Both the position numbers and the translations under genes were made by a program. From Lingula anatina (lineage: Eukaryota; Animalia; Brachiopoda), in NCBI GenBank assembly GCA_051362555.1, contig CM120640.1, positions 46,168,788 to 46,232,787 on the forward strand: a DNA stretch of 64,000 nucleotides, given 5' to 3'. The notes beneath the pieces were generated by a model, which saw only the letters and a list, made by a program, of their open reading frames with translations, had not been told where the DNA came from and did no database searches. Of this stretch, positions 43,353-58,200 are shown one piece after another. Each line of letters starts with the position of its first letter. The stretch's first letter is position 1.

Positions 43353-46329
43353 AGTGCAGTGAAGTGTACATTGTATTAAACAATGTGTAAATCGTATGAA
43401 TCCATCTGACCGATCGCCAGCCAACACGTTCTTTTTCGCTCGGCAGTTTATGCACTGTATATCCAGGGGTGGAATTTTCATCAAATGAACATAGTATCTA
43501 AAACTGTTTGATGCCTTCAATTTAAATCAGGTTTTAACGATTGTCTTTAAAAAAACAAGGACGACTTAAAAATTATTAAAAGTACCTCTACTGTCAAAGT
43601 AATTTGTTTAATCAGACTCACGGTCCTTGCAATCACGCGACCGATTTATTTGTTAGTGCAATGGATCAGGTTAATGGTTTACTTAGCGTTGATTCAACCT
43701 AGGGTCATTCGGCTTCTGTACATCTTGAGCGATATGACCTCAAGTAACCTAAATAAACATGGTGCTACAATGGGTAATATTCAACGAAAATATTGAATAA
43801 AAATGCTTTTATTGATCAGATTAGATTTGTGAATCGTTATGGTAGCCTTTTCAGATAGGCACAACCCTTCCTTGAGTATATGGATACAATAGCAGAGCAG
43901 CTACACTACAAATATAACAGCACGTTGTTACTCGAGGTATTCTACATGTATGTGGCAGTTATGCGTAAAAAGGTCACATCGTTCAAGGAATTGTAAAAAG
44001 ATACTCTTATATCAGTCTTTGCACAGCTGCAGCAATACAGCAGTACACGACATTTTTAATAGAAACCAGTCTTAATTAATGAACTTTGGTTATTTCCTAA
44101 CAATTATGATGAAAACTTTATAATCAGTCAAGTTAAGCAGAATTTACTGGATATGCAACATGCAGGCTATTCTATCTGTTATAGAAAATTCAAGAAAATG
44201 CTTTTTATACAGACATCTCGTAGATCACAGTACTACACAAACTTACCTATCAAATCCAATATCACAGCATTACAAGAAACTTTAGGCTCTCATCTCATGA
44301 ACTTGACGTAGAAACTGGGTCAGGTTAATAAGGATATTGTCACCGTTCGCCCAAAACTCCTTATTTACCTACATTCTTTTGGGTAATAAATAAATCTTCA
44401 GTGTGCAGTGACTAAATAAATTAACATTTACACATATGTCATCTAACAAGTGACGTCATAATTGCGATTTTTGGGTAAAAACTGAAATATCGGTTTTTAA
44501 AATTTCTCTTTTACTTGATCACCCATGATCACCGTTTCAACGCCGATTTAATGACACCATTAAGTACTCCAAAACCGTGCAAGCAATTTTTCTTAAATTT
44601 TTAGTTAAGATTTTATCGTTGACAAAGCAAAATAATGCCTTTGTTTAATGAAAATCTGTAATTAGGGGCTAATACTCTATAACAAAAACATCTAAACCAA
44701 GATGACGGCGCAGGATTGTAGCTAATACACTCTTAGTCAACTCTGCCAATTTTCGTGATAAAATCTTGTTCAGGGATGAAGTTACGCCCCATACCGATTA
44801 CTATCTCACCTCAAAATAGAAAGGTGTTAAATTGACGATTAAAGCTTTGAGTTGCCTATGCTTATACATTGCAACGAAAAAATATAAACGCTGATATTTT
44901 GTATTTAAGGGTTTTTTTCATTGTTTTAAATCAGCACAAAGAAAAAACGCATTATTGAATGATTAGATGCAGGAAAAAAACTCATTTTCGGTATCTGGAT
45001 GATAATAAAGGGTCATGATGTCCTAATATTCTTTGATAATCCAAAGTTTCATTGCTCCAAAGGTTGGTTGGTCCGAAAAATCGTATGCACGCGTGCCTCT
45101 GATGAACTTTACTTCATTGCCAGTACACTATACACTTTGTTCATGCATAATACGGACTTCAGAATATTGCTACGGCCCCTTTTGATCACCCTGCTGGTAA
45201 AGAGAAATGACGAAGATTCCGGACACGCGCAAACTAGGACCCACCTAATGGGACCTACATGCAAAAATGCAACTGTACTTTTTGAAATGACATTTTTAAA
45301 AATTTCTTTTCCTTTTTAAATAGCTCTTTTAATAGAGATCTCACTAACTGAAACATTTTTGTAAAAGATTTAAGTATAAAGACATTTAAACTTTCAAACT
45401 TTAAAAACCGTTTTTATATTTAACATCAAGATATCTCCAAATCCTAGCTAAAACAGACTAAAATAAAATGTTTAGACTAATAATAAATTTTGGTAATTTT
45501 TCCAGTAACATTTAATTTTTTTTTTACGATAAAACTTTCTGAAAATGCCTGTACATTAAAAGATTAAAGAAAAAGCCTGATCTTTTCAATTTATTTGAAA
45601 CGCACTCTGAATAAAAATCAAAACGGGGACACACTTGGAGGTTCGATAGAAGTCATATTATTGTCAACTTTGGCATTGCTTCTTATTGAAAAATATCTAT
45701 AACTTGGAGCCTACCGGAAAGTGTATTCTCATAAGTTGCAGAAATATTTTACCTTCATTTGTTGGTACATTTTACTTGTCCCAACATAAAAATGTCTTGT
45801 GCCGAAAGTAGTCCCCTTGGTTGATGTATACAGAAGTTTGAAAAAAAAAAAATCAATCTTGGGCCTTCATTGTATGAGAAATCTAAAGAAGGCAATGGTA
45901 TTCAAGGCAAAATTAATAAAAAAGCTTTGATTATCATACTTAAACACAAAGCCACTCACCTTCAAGGGCTCCATCTTAAAGGATAGTTTAATTAAGCCAA
46001 AAATGACACCCACCATTCACATCAAATTTTGGACCAAAACTCATAAAATGTTATGTAAAACCAATTTTTTCATGTTTCTTTATTAATGTTTTTTCTAAAT
46101 CTACTGATAAATAATCCAAATTTACTAATAACTAACCTTTTTATTGAGCCAAGCTTCTTTAAGTCATTGACAATAATTCATTTTATTGAACATGGCTTTA
46201 TCTACCACATACATCCATGCAAGTCCAATGTGCATGCATTATTCTTTTCATTCAATCTAAGTTTTGCTACAAACATTAAAAAAACTTATATTTAAACAAG
46301 TCAGCAAAGCTGTCAAGTGTACAGACAAA

Positions 46330-47170
46330 AAGCAGAAAATGATAATGCACAAAATTGGCTACTGTCAATTCTGATGCAAAAATACATCATATGCTTAAGT
46401 GCAAAGTCAACATCAATTTTTAATTATTGACAACAGGTAATATGGATATAAGTAAAACGAGTAACAAGCAAAGGGCTTCAGTCCCATGACAGTTAAGATC
46501 ACACTTTGAAATGCCAGAATGAGAAAAAAAATTCACAAAAAAATTAGTACTTTTAAGACAAAATAATAGGCCAAACAAGCTGGTTTTCCAATTTGGGCTG
46601 TATGTCAATCGAAGGAATCATTCTTTTAAGTTACAAATAAGTAACACAGTTTTCCTTTCTTAATGTTTGTGGTAACAGTGCACAAAGTAGGTTTTTTGAC
46701 AATTTTGATGCAATATTACATGATTACCACATAAATCACCAACAATTTTTAATTATCTACTATACATAACACTGACATTCATGCAAATGTAAATACCGTT
46801 CGGCTTTATGCCGCGGGAGTTCTAAGCCCCACAATGAAAATGCCAATATGTGAAAAATTAAAATTTTCAAAAAGAACTGCATAACTTCCAGAAAAAAAAA
46901 GCACTTAGACTGGTTTTCCAACTAAAGCTACATTTCAGTCCTATGAAACTTTTCAGTAGGCTTGAGAATCATTAGTAACATAGTTTTCATTTAATGATCA
47001 TTATGCAGTGCCCAAAAAAGGGTTTTCTTCTATTTTGATCCAATATTACATAATGCTTAACATCATAATTACCACCAATCTTTAATTATGCACTGCAGGC
47101 AACATGGATATTTGGAAAATATTATAAGCAAAGGTCTTCAGGCCCATGTAACTTGAAAATGACAAAATAT
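46330..47170. repeat. Degenerate tandem repeat, period ~330 bp, ~2.5 copies
   Basis: Recurring blocks: ctggttttccaa (46580, 46910), ttttgat.caatattacat (46703, 47033), caat.tttaattat, and aagcaaagg.cttcag.cccatg (46466, 47126). Confidence 0.55.
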
Positions 47171-48885
47171 AAACAAGAGATTACTGTACTGAAATGATTT
47201 TTTCCCATTTTCAACATTCTTTTACATAAAACAAAATAATCAATTTACTGTCATAACTTAATAATAGTTGACAAAAAAATCAATTGAACAATTTTAAATG
47301 TCCAATTTGCTCCATTCTGAGATTCTGAACATTGTGAATGATTGAATCTGACAAATTTTTTTACACAATACACGATAACAGGTTTACCACCATCGTAAAA
47401 ATCACCCACCAGATAATGCCAATTTTCGAACTGTAGATAAAGACAAATGGTAAAACGGTTTTCCACTTATCGTGTTATCGCTATGGCAACTATAGCAAAC
47501 AGATGAAGGTGACGGCATTATGTGCAGACACATCAGTCTCTGTACATAGATAGTCTCTTATCTGTTCCCATACAATTAGACAACATCAGGCCAGGACAAA
47601 AATATTAAAGAGTAACTACGTATATACATATCTAGGGACCCTCAATCAGTTTTTGTGCATATGACTTAAATTGTACAATTATTAAATATGGTTAAATTTA
47701 ATCTAAACATGTATACAAAATCACAAAGAATGATTTCTCTTGTGATACACATAAATATTTAAATAACAAACAGATGCAATACATAAATCAATGGGTATAA
47801 GAAAAAAATTAGTTTTTAAAACACACAATATTTTAAATAAAATTTTAGTGTACTCCAATACCTGACATTTGAACTTAAAATTGTAAGTCATGTTGAAATG
47901 TATATATGATTGTATTACAATTAATGGTTTTCTACATAATATGTGCAATATACAGAACAAAATCAATGACTAGATATTTTCCATGGGAAAATTTGTTAAT
48001 TTTACAGATACTGCACTTTTTTAAAATCATAAATGCTTTTAATTAGAACCCTTCTTTTGAGCAGCTACATTCTATTTTTATTTTATAAAGAAAAGCCCCA
48101 CAGATGCTTCACAGAAATATATATTTTAATAAACTCATTTATTGGTCACCAGTGATAAATAATGGACACTGAAACACTCTTCTCAGCACACATAAAAGCA
48201 ACTGTGTTTTGACACATCTGTAAACATTAATTCATTCATTGTCTTACATTTCAAAGCTAGGGATTCCCAGACAGTCCTATGTGGACATTAATATCACCCT
48301 TCCCGGCATTTAAATAGTCTCAATCACAGATGTCAATAATGTCAAAACTTCAAGATTTTTTTAAACACATAAATAATAAAATAGAACTATCTACAAATAC
48401 AATTTGGAAATGAAAATCTTCAAAAATCTTCAAAATGTTGGCCTCTATTGCTAGACAAAAAAAAAAAAAAAGAAAAAAAAAAAAAAAAAAAAAACATCAG
48501 ACAAACAAACACACCCACAAACCAGCAGAGCAATAGACTAGAATATTTTTTAAAACTAATTCTACAAGACAAATAAAAAAAATAAGCACCTGGGTTAGTA
48601 CTGCGTCAATAATGCTTTTGAAATTGTTCACAGTTTTGCTTCTTACAATTGCCCTTAAGCTTAAGTTTACTGAATGTCACTGGTAAAAAAGTTTTCTGGC
48701 AGGATAATTATAAGGCACCTTGTGGTAGTCTACAAAGAAGTAACATAACATTGCAGTTATCTTGGTGGAATTTTAACAAATATCCATTTAATTCACAATA
48801 TAAAAATATCTTTAGATAATTCTCAGTTTGTTCCCATAGGCTCATGGGGCTGTCAAAAACAGCTTTTCATACACACATTGTATTT

Positions 48886-51800
48886 TCACCCATTTCCTTG
48901 GTCACACTCCAACTTTGCTGCCTCTTTCTTCAACCTGTCTGCCAACCAGTCAAGTTTGACAGTGTCATCTCTCAATGAATCAACAAGTTCTGCAAATGCA
49001 TTGTCTCCTCTAGTTGGAATGATATCCAGGAACATATGGACTTTGCCCTCTCGAGTGGGGCACTCCATTATCCTCTCTCTCTCTGAATCTGTCAAAATTC
49101 TCCTTGCATTCAATATATCAGTGATGGCTTTGGGGGACATATCTTTGATAATACTAACTCTATTACGTCTAATAGCTTGTCGGTGAATATCAGTCATTCC
49201 TCCAACCCCATCCTTCCCTTCTAATACATCCGCTAGCCACGGTTGCTCTGATGTATCTCTAAGAGATTCAGCCAAAGTATCAACGGCAGACAGGCTCACT
49301 TGATGTAGACACCGCAAAAGGCATGCATTCCTCTTTTTCCTTTGGACCATCCCACGGATTCGCTCAACCTGATCATCAGTAAGAATTTCTTTTTGCAACA
49401 GGAAATCCAAATGTTCCGATGCATCCATGTCACTCAAGAGAACACTTGGAAAACCTAATGAAAATTTCAATGACAATTAAGCTAAAACGAGTAATGGACT
49501 GGGTTCCCATACCTAGATCTATCTTACAGGATCCATCCATCCCTGACGGGTTTCTTGCTAAATTGCTTTCAGCTTAAATGGCTTAGATGTCTGGCACACC
49601 TACTGAACAATAATTAATTACCCCCTAGCAGCTTCAGTAGGCCTGACAGACATCTAAGCTGCTTAAATGGACTGCAATTTAGCGAGAATCCTCTCGGAGA
49701 TGGGTCGACACACAGTTAGTATGATAGGGTCTGGGAATGGTCCAAGAATGAGAAAAGGAACAGATAAATGAAGGGGTAAATAATCAGACAAATATATGAT
49801 CGCATGAATACTAATAAACAGTTCAAATAGCATAAACATATATACATGTACTTATCTGGTATAAAAGTGTCCTACATACATACAAATACTTAAAGGTACA
49901 TACGAACCGAGCATTGGTGGAGCGTGGATTCCCAGTAAGACATGTAAACCACTTCTACTAGTTTCTTATACGACTCAAATAAATTCAACATGCCAAGGGA
50001 TAAACTGAATAGATCACTCAATCAGCCATAAAAAAAGCTTTAGACTGCTCCTTTCTTTAAATTTTTGGTCAGAAATTTAACCTACTTTCGTGACCTACTT
50101 TAATGCCCCATTGACATACAGCATAGAAAGCTAGCAGAAAAATCCGTTCAAACATCATTTTCGGGTAAAATTAAACAATGCCTTTTGGTAATTCTCTTAG
50201 TTATACTACTTGAAACTATATGCTGGCATTTGGTTGGTTTTTGTGACAAAAAATTGACTTAGTATGCATCTTTAAGGCTCAAACTCTGCGGAGACTCACT
50301 GAATGCAATCAGCTTTACAGCCCTTATAATGAAGGAGTAAATAACATACAAACATTTGGTATTTAAAAATTCTAAATCCAATAGTACTTGGCTAAATTAC
50401 ACCCAGCATGCTAATCATAATGCCTCCATAGCGTGTGAGAGTATAATTACCTGATACCGTTTTATCCAAAAAATTCTCCACAGCTGCAAGTTGACCTCCA
50501 GATCCATTCCCTTAAAAGAAAAAGCGTGGATTGCAAAGATTATGCATAACATATAGCAATTAAAAAGAACTATGACAATATTACCCACATTCTTCAAGAA
50601 AAATTACAAAACCTGCCTAAAAATTCATCATATGCATGGGTGACAGTTGTAAAAACTGATAATCCTAAAAACAAAGCTTGCAATTTCTCACTACATTTAG
50701 ACCATAAAAAAAATCGATCAAAATGAAGACTGAAAATCCTGAAAACTCTTGCCCATGCAAATGCAGTCAAAAGCTGTGTTTGAAATAATTTGAATTAAAA
50801 AATAGGTGAGAACCATGATAGTACTTCACCTTCAAGAGGTGGCTGCAACAGCAACGTTGGAAAGCTACTCTTGGCTCTGCGACAATGACGAGAAATACCA
50901 TCTGTTTGTTCCTGTATGATGTCCACCTTCACTTCATCTGGGTTCTCATGATTGCCCTCCATGATACAGTGAGGGCACATAACATACTGTGTAAATATGC
51001 AACCTGGATACTGAACACTTAGTACACTTGCTATTTTTTGATGAAGCTTTGGAAGCTCTTTCCAAAGCTTTTCAACTCTCTGAGTACGTAAAGACAGCTG
51101 AATAACCCGTCTGCTCTTGTTTTCATCACGATACCGAGTAAACAAAAGTTTTAGGTCTGGAACAGCTGCATAGAGACCATCCTGCCAATGCTCCATAGTT
51201 GGGTGCTGATCGATAGCTATCAGTTCACGATGGAGTTCCACAGTGGCAACTTCAAAGAAGGTTGATGGTGTCCTCTCTCTAACATTGTTTGGTTGACTGT
51301 TTTCCATGTCATGAAATCGGAACTGTATTTCATAATGAATCTCACCAGGCAAAGGGGCATCTGGCCATCTGGCCCTGTCATGTAGATTGCTTGGTTTCTC
51401 TGTCTGTAAGAGCCAGGGGAAATAGTATTGTACATTCATACCTTCTGTTTCATTTCTTGCTATTTTCCTGTTCTTGAACTTAAAACAAAAATCAAATTTA
51501 TTCAAGAGAGCTGTAACAACTGTAAACAACCCAGGGTTGTTTTCACAGCCAGTGATAAGTGAATGAAGCAAAGTTTCAGTCATCACTCCAGTGTCCATGA
51601 ACTTCTGCAAGTGCTCTTGATGAAGATCAGGTCTCCCATGGTAAACCTGTGGGACTGCCTGGATGGCTGCTTTGGGATTATAATGAAACACTGGGCTAGC
51701 AATTTCAACAATTTTCTCAGGCTGATGAAATATGTAACCTTTCATCTCTGGGTCTTCACAATACCAATTCAGGTATCCAATCTGGTTAAGGACTCTAAGA

Positions 51801-53338
51801 ACTGCTTCTACTTCTGCTGACCATGCAGTTTTGGGTTTCATCCAAAGAAAAAGTGATTGAAAGAAGTTGTATCCGTGGTGCTTGTTATAAATGGAGAGCA
51901 CCTGTTCCATAGGAAGATAAAGATCTTCTTTTTGGTTTCTGGCTTCCTTCAGTGCCATCCCAAACTTGTGGTATCGAAGCGGTATCTGTATGCCTGATCC
52001 ATGACACTGGTCTACAACAAACTTCTTTATCACGGTGATGTTATCAAGGGTTTTTGAGCTGACAGCCACAGCTCTAACAGTGTTGCTAGGGAGAGTGGTT
52101 AGTAGGGATGTCAACCCAGACAGCTGTTCTTCACTAACATTGCCTTTGACTTTTTTCATCTCTTCAATGTGGTCTGCTTCTAATTTTATGTCTTGCACAA
52201 TCATTTTTTCAACATCCTGAGTTATCTGTCGAATCTTGTCGGGATCGAGACCCTGTCCATCAGAGTGGGTACCAACAACCAGAACTTTGGCATTTGGAGC
52301 AATAGACCTCACATGTCGAAACCAACGTCCAACAAGAGCTTCATAATTCTTTTTCTTTGGATCCAATGAGTAATCTTGCAAGTTGAAGACCAATAAGACT
52401 ATGACTTTGTCAGTAATAAATAATCTTGACGTAATCTCATATACCCTGTGCCCGCCAAAGTCATTTATTTGGATCTTTATGTCAGGTCCAGGTTCCCAAA
52501 TGAATTGTTCAACAACTTCAGTTCTGTCTTCCTCATTTGCAAGTTTGGCTTTCTTGAATCTTAGAGCATTAGACAGACTGGTCTTTCCTGCTCTTGAGTC
52601 GCCCATCAGCAGAAGTCTCTGTCGCAGACATCCCTCTTCTTGGAGTTCCTTTATATAGGCAAAGAAAGCTTCCATTGTTCCATCTTCAGCTTTGCACTCA
52701 AGGTATGGAACACCATCAAGGAGATTCTTCTGCAGATTTAGATATCTTAAAGAACCTTTCAAGCATAATATTTCAAAAGGCAATGGTGGGTCCCCATTTT
52801 TAATCTGGTTTTGGCCTAGATCCAAATGTTTTAGTGACTTCATTTTGGTAAGAACTACTGGAAAACTGTTCAACTTATTATTGGGCATATGGAGTTGGAG
52901 AAGGTGCTCTAAATTGTATAACCCATCAGGAAGGGATGCTATTTTATTTCCACTCAAATCAAGGTAAATTAAAGTTTTTATCTTCAAAATTGCATCTGGA
53001 AAGGCCATGAATTTATTGTGGCCAAGATTTAGTGTTTCCAGATTCCTGAGTTTACATAACACTTTGGGAAATGTTTGTAGTTCATTTTCAGACAAATGTA
53101 GATGTCTAACTCTCTGAAGATTGGACAGGGCACTGTCAAGTTCAGTTAAACGGTTCTCTGTTAAATTGAGATCTTGTATCTCTTTAATATTGTAAAGTGA
53201 CTTTGGAAGTTTCTGAAGAAGACATCCAGAAAGAGATAATGTGTTTAGACCATTGGATTTGGTCAATCTTCTTTTCCTTAATTCAACCTCAGATATATTA
53301 GCTGGAATATCTTCAAGAGCTTTGACGAAAGAAGCCAT
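48886..53338 (-). CDS. Roco-family GTPase (MFHAS1/MASL1-like LRR-ROC-COR) with two C-terminal CARD-like domains (~1025 aa); exons 53338-50830 and 49454-48886
   Basis: About 8 LRRs (LxxLxLxxNxL), P-loop GDSRAGKTSL, G3 DFGGH, G4 VGTHSD, COR-like region (YYFPWLL) and a CPHC motif. A phase-1 intron (G|gtgaag ... ag|GT) joins an exon with two CARD-like units: MDASEHLDFLLQKEILTDDQVERI...QPWLAD and IRRNRVSIIKDM...LDIIPTRGDNAF...WLAD. Confidence 0.85.
49496..49743. mobile_element. Fold-back (palindromic) MITE-like element in the Roco intron
   Basis: Arms gctaaattgc/gcaatttagc, gcttagatgtctg/cagacatctaagc and cctactgaa/ttcagtagg. Confidence 0.65.
49894..50271. mobile_element. TTAA-flanked MITE family B (related fragment at ~9920-10090)
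   Basis: ttaa|aggtacatac ... gtatgcatct|ttaa; internal taaaccacttc...acatgccaagggataa...atcactc is shared with 9923-10035. Confidence 0.55.
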
Positions 53339-55298
53339 TGCTGTTGATAACCCTGTATTTCAACTTCTGAAAAATAAAGGATCATCTTTAAAAATTAAAC
53401 ATGTATTTTGAATCTTTAAAAGTCTGTTATTAACAACAAAGGTCATACAGATGGGTTTTAATAATCCTTGATTCATATACTATCATCAAACACACATCTC
53501 TTACAGAATCAATGAGTAACAATGGGGTACCAGGAGAAGCTACAGTGGTTGTGATTTTTGATGATGTCAGGGAGGTCAATATTATGTTTTTGATGATGTC
53601 AGAGCGGTAAATACTTAGTTTTATCACATATAGCAAATCCTGGGATATAACATCGTATTCTATGCCAATTATTAGTTTATAAGGTCTCTCTATATTGTTT
53701 CAAACCAGTTAAATTTAAGCGAGTGTTATTTCTGATTATAGATTTTGCTAAAAAGAAGTATAAATTAATAAATATTTAACGCCGCTTACCACACTCAATG
53801 TGCCAAATTTTCATAAATCTTGAGTAAAAAGTATAGAGAGCTCTTTCGGAACAATTTAATTATACCTTCTAACTAATAGGAAAGCCTGTATTGCCTATGA
53901 TAAGGCAAATGTAGCCTTGACGTTTTTGATGGGACTGACTTGGTTTCTTAGCAGTACTCACTTGCGCTCTCCTAGCCTTCCAATGGTCAAGATCACAAGA
54001 GAGTAGATCACAAAGTCCAATTTGCTCGAGTGTTCCTAGCTATTGGCTGGCCAACTCACTACAGTGATAGACAAAAAGTTCCAGTCTTAGACTAAAATCT
54101 TCAAATTATGGCATGCTGTGCAACAAATATGAAGTACGCAAGGTCAAACTCTGCGCGTGTTCGGCGGTAGATTTATCACCAAAAAGTCATCTGTACTTAC
54201 GTTTGTATATGTTTCCATGTTAGATTATATTTCTATTGTTCGAAAGCAACAGCATTCCTAGAAATATTGGCGTCCTAACAAATAAAATCCGTGTTTTGTT
54301 ATCTGTCGTCGGGAATGAGAACCGTAAGGGAATGTTAACACGGATCTTCCTTGTATTAAATTAGAAATGATGTGATTCCACAGAAATCTGAAATCATACG
54401 CTATTTTTCCACGAACAAAAAATAAATGTAACGGTTATACTGATACAGATATATTTATAGAAAATGCAACATACGACACAACAAAAAAATGCTTTCTTAC
54501 TTCGATAAAACGTCGCTCGCATAAAGTAGGTCAGAGCAGGGCTACCCTTGATAGACAATCAGGTCAACACATATGCATTCCTGTTTAACACTGTTCACTG
54601 TTAAGGGTAAGCATCATTTGTGTATTTGTTTTGATTTACTTAAATAATTGTAAAACAGCATGTAAAGTAAAATGTATTTAAACATGGGGCAAGGCAGGAG
54701 TATATAGTTTGGATGGCATGGACGGACTACTATATAGTATTAGTAGTAACACTGCATGTTGAGACCGATCAATTTGATACGCTGTAAAGCTGACCTGTTT
54801 GCACAATGACAAAAGCTATAGCTTACTTTCGCTTTTGGACAGACTTTACCGTAATTCAAAATTTATATAAAACCACAATAAATCTTATTATTTATAGATT
54901 ATAACAGAGATAGAGCCATCTGCATGTGTACATGTAGGTCCACATGGTCTGATGGCATTGCAAGCACAGATTCCAGAATAATTGTGATAACTGCTTTTTT
55001 GTTGGTAAAAATATTTATATGAGTTGTTTACAATGTATATTTATTGTAAAAATAAATCTCATACAGAGAATTGTTATCCCTTTAGGGTTAATTTTTGTGT
55101 ATTTGCACTAGTGGAAGTTTTGAAATGCTTCTAGTTGTGTAGGTATTACCAGTACATACTACAGGTACTTGTGAACTGGATTTATTGTACTGCTGTCATT
55201 CCTTAATTAACATTATAAATATATGAAAATGAAAACTTGGCTTACAACAATGAATACACCAATATGAATTAATTCAGCTTGAGCATAGTGGAAAGGTC

Positions 55299-58200
55299 AT
55301 GGCCTGTGGAGCAGCATTACCCTTAAACTACTCTTGCAATTTTGAAGATCCAGGGCAATGTGTAAGTACAGTATAGACCAAATGGTCAGATGATTACATG
55401 TAACAACTGCTTCTAAACTGTGTACATATTACAACAACTAGCTAGCTTGCAGACCTATAGATTTTTAAAAAAAAAAAGGATATACAAGATTGAAGTACTA
55501 CTGGTACATGTACAATATATAGATTTTAATTCCTCCCTACAATAGAACAAATTATAATTTTACTTTTGTGTTTATTCACTGGCTTATTAATGATGTAGTA
55601 GCTTAGTACTTCTAAGATTTACCTGTCCAATAACTTGAGCAGTATATGAAGATCTGTCGATCTAATATCACTAGGACTTCTTCCCTATTATTTAGAGATT
55701 ATGACTTTTTAAGTAAATGTATATACAGCACTGAATGAAAGCAGATGATATATGAAGACTGGCCTTACAGTGTATTGCAGTTATTTGAATTGGTGATTTC
55801 TAGGACTTCTTTTGATTTTTTCATTTGTTCTTACCTTTACAACAAACCTATATGGATATCTTTTCATATTTGTGCAATTTATTACACCTAGTATTTTTCA
55901 GGATACTATTATATTATCCAGAAGAATTATCTCTACAATTGCAGCAGTTGGTTGGTAAGTCATCAATAAGCAAATTGAAAATAATCAAAAATGTTCATTA
56001 GCTGGCATTGGTATAGTTAAGGATCATAAATGAAAATTATCAAACACAAGCCAAAATACTTTCATGCCGTTAGCTTACGGCCTGGATGTAGGCCTCCATC
56101 AGATTGATGTGAGCAGATGTTGATACTCAAAGTGTTTACTAGGAGACTGCAGGGTTAGTGAACACAGAAAATCAGTGACTGTAGGCAATACCAGCTCTGC
56201 CATTTTTGAACATGTAATAGCCACAGTATCGACTGAAATTCAGCAAAGATCTTTAAATCCGAGTCATATGACATCCAGTGTAAGATACGCGAGGCTATCA
56301 ACATCAGCCGTCACCAACCACCCATGAATAGGTATCAACATCTGCTCACATCAGTCTGATGAAGGCCTATGGCGTTCGCCCAGTATTTCAGCTTGTGTTT
56401 GATAAAATTAAAAATAGTTTGTATTGTTTTCACTTTGCATAGGAGTTATACCTCCAAATTAGTTTCTTTTGATTAAACTATTTATTTTTTAACTTTGTTT
56501 TTTGCGTATCCATACTTCTTTTTTTATTGATGTAATGCACCATTTGTCAGTTTCTTTCATGTAATATTGTTTCTGTTGTGTGCAGTATCCTTCTTTTGAT
56601 ATTCATTATATGGCGGCCTCGCTTTGGAGAAGACTGGAGAAATTTGGCCTACATGGATGTAAGTAAACAGTAATTTTCTAAGCTTTCAAAATGTAGTTGT
56701 ACCACCAGCGTTAGCGCTGGCGGTACACATGGTTTCGGTCCCGTCCGGATCGTTCCGCCGGCTCCGCCGGCTCCGCCGGCTCCGTTGGCTCCGCCGGATG
56801 GCTACCGTTACCGCTTCTCCTCCTAGACGGTAAGGGCCCCCATACCCATCTCATGGATTTAGGTCACCTATAATCTCAACTCGTTCCACGTAAAATTTGG
56901 GCTTTGTCGGTATTGGGGTCTGGGTGTGGCACTCATTGCAATGCACCCTTGTCTAAAAATGGCAAAATTAAATGCTAATTATCTACCCTACGGAAGGAGT
57001 TATGGGAAAAATTTCTATAGACAGCTTTCCAAAAGTCATATGTGTAGATTTCAAATATACCCTTGGATTTGACCTTTGACCTTTACTTCAAGGTCAAATG
57101 GGCCAAAATTTTCAAAAAAATGAAATTTTTTACGAAAAAAATTTTTTTTGCCCTGTTTTTCAGACACCACACAGACTTAACCAATAATATTATTGGAAAG
57201 TGTTACCCTTCAGGTCATCTTTCATCTCCATGAATTTGGGGTCAATCGGTGCATTTTCACGGGAGTAGCGGCCATAAGATACCGAAACTGAAAACTGTCT
57301 CTAATTCGGGAACCGTTAATGCTAGAGACCCATTCTTTTTTGCATTTTGTAGAGCATGTAAAGCCCAACACTGGAGGTGGTCTCGGTTTTTTTGTATTCC
57401 ATACGGTTTTCGAGTTACGCTGTATCAAAAAGTACATATTAGTGGTAAAAGCAAAATGTGCAGTACGGTAATGGATAATAAATTTTGAACTCTGGAAAAA
57501 TAAAACATAAGGCTTGGCAAAGCAGACAACTTGTGTTCAAAAATGACATTATTTCATCAAATTTGAACTTCTGAAACTTCAGAGCACCTCCTATTTCAAG
57601 AATTTTGACCAAAATGACATTTTCTTTATTTTAATTAATTTTTTCTGTACGAAATTTAAGGCACATTATGGTAACTCCAAAATTATAACATTTAGTCCCT
57701 TATATCTCCAAAACTGGCAGAGATAGGTCCATAGTTACTATTGAAGTTGAATAGGAAGTCATATACTGGCAATCTTCCTATGACCTTGAAAGTGACCTTT
57801 GACCTACTTTTCACCATGAACTGAACTTTGCAAATTTTTCTTCCCTTTTATCTCCAAAACTGGCAGAGATAGGTCCATAGTTACTATTGAAGTTGAATAG
57901 GAAGTCATATACTGGCAATCTAAATGTGACCTTGAAATTGACCTTTGACCTACTTTTCACCATAAACTGAACTTTGCAAAATTTGCTTCCCTTTTATCTC
58001 CAAAACTGGCAGAGATAGGTCCATAGTTACTATTGAAGTTGAATAGGAAGTCATATACTGGCAATCTTCCTATGACCTTGAAAGTGACCTTTGACTTACT
58101 TTTCACCATGAACTGAACTTTGCAAATTTTTCTTCCCTTTTATCTCCAAAACTGGCAGAGATAGGTCCATAGTTACTATTGAACTTGAATAGGAAGTCAT

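Noticed and set aside
44380-47650. Large intact DNA transposon in the intergenic region
   Set aside because: No convincing matched TIRs/TSD or transposase ORF could be identified by eye.
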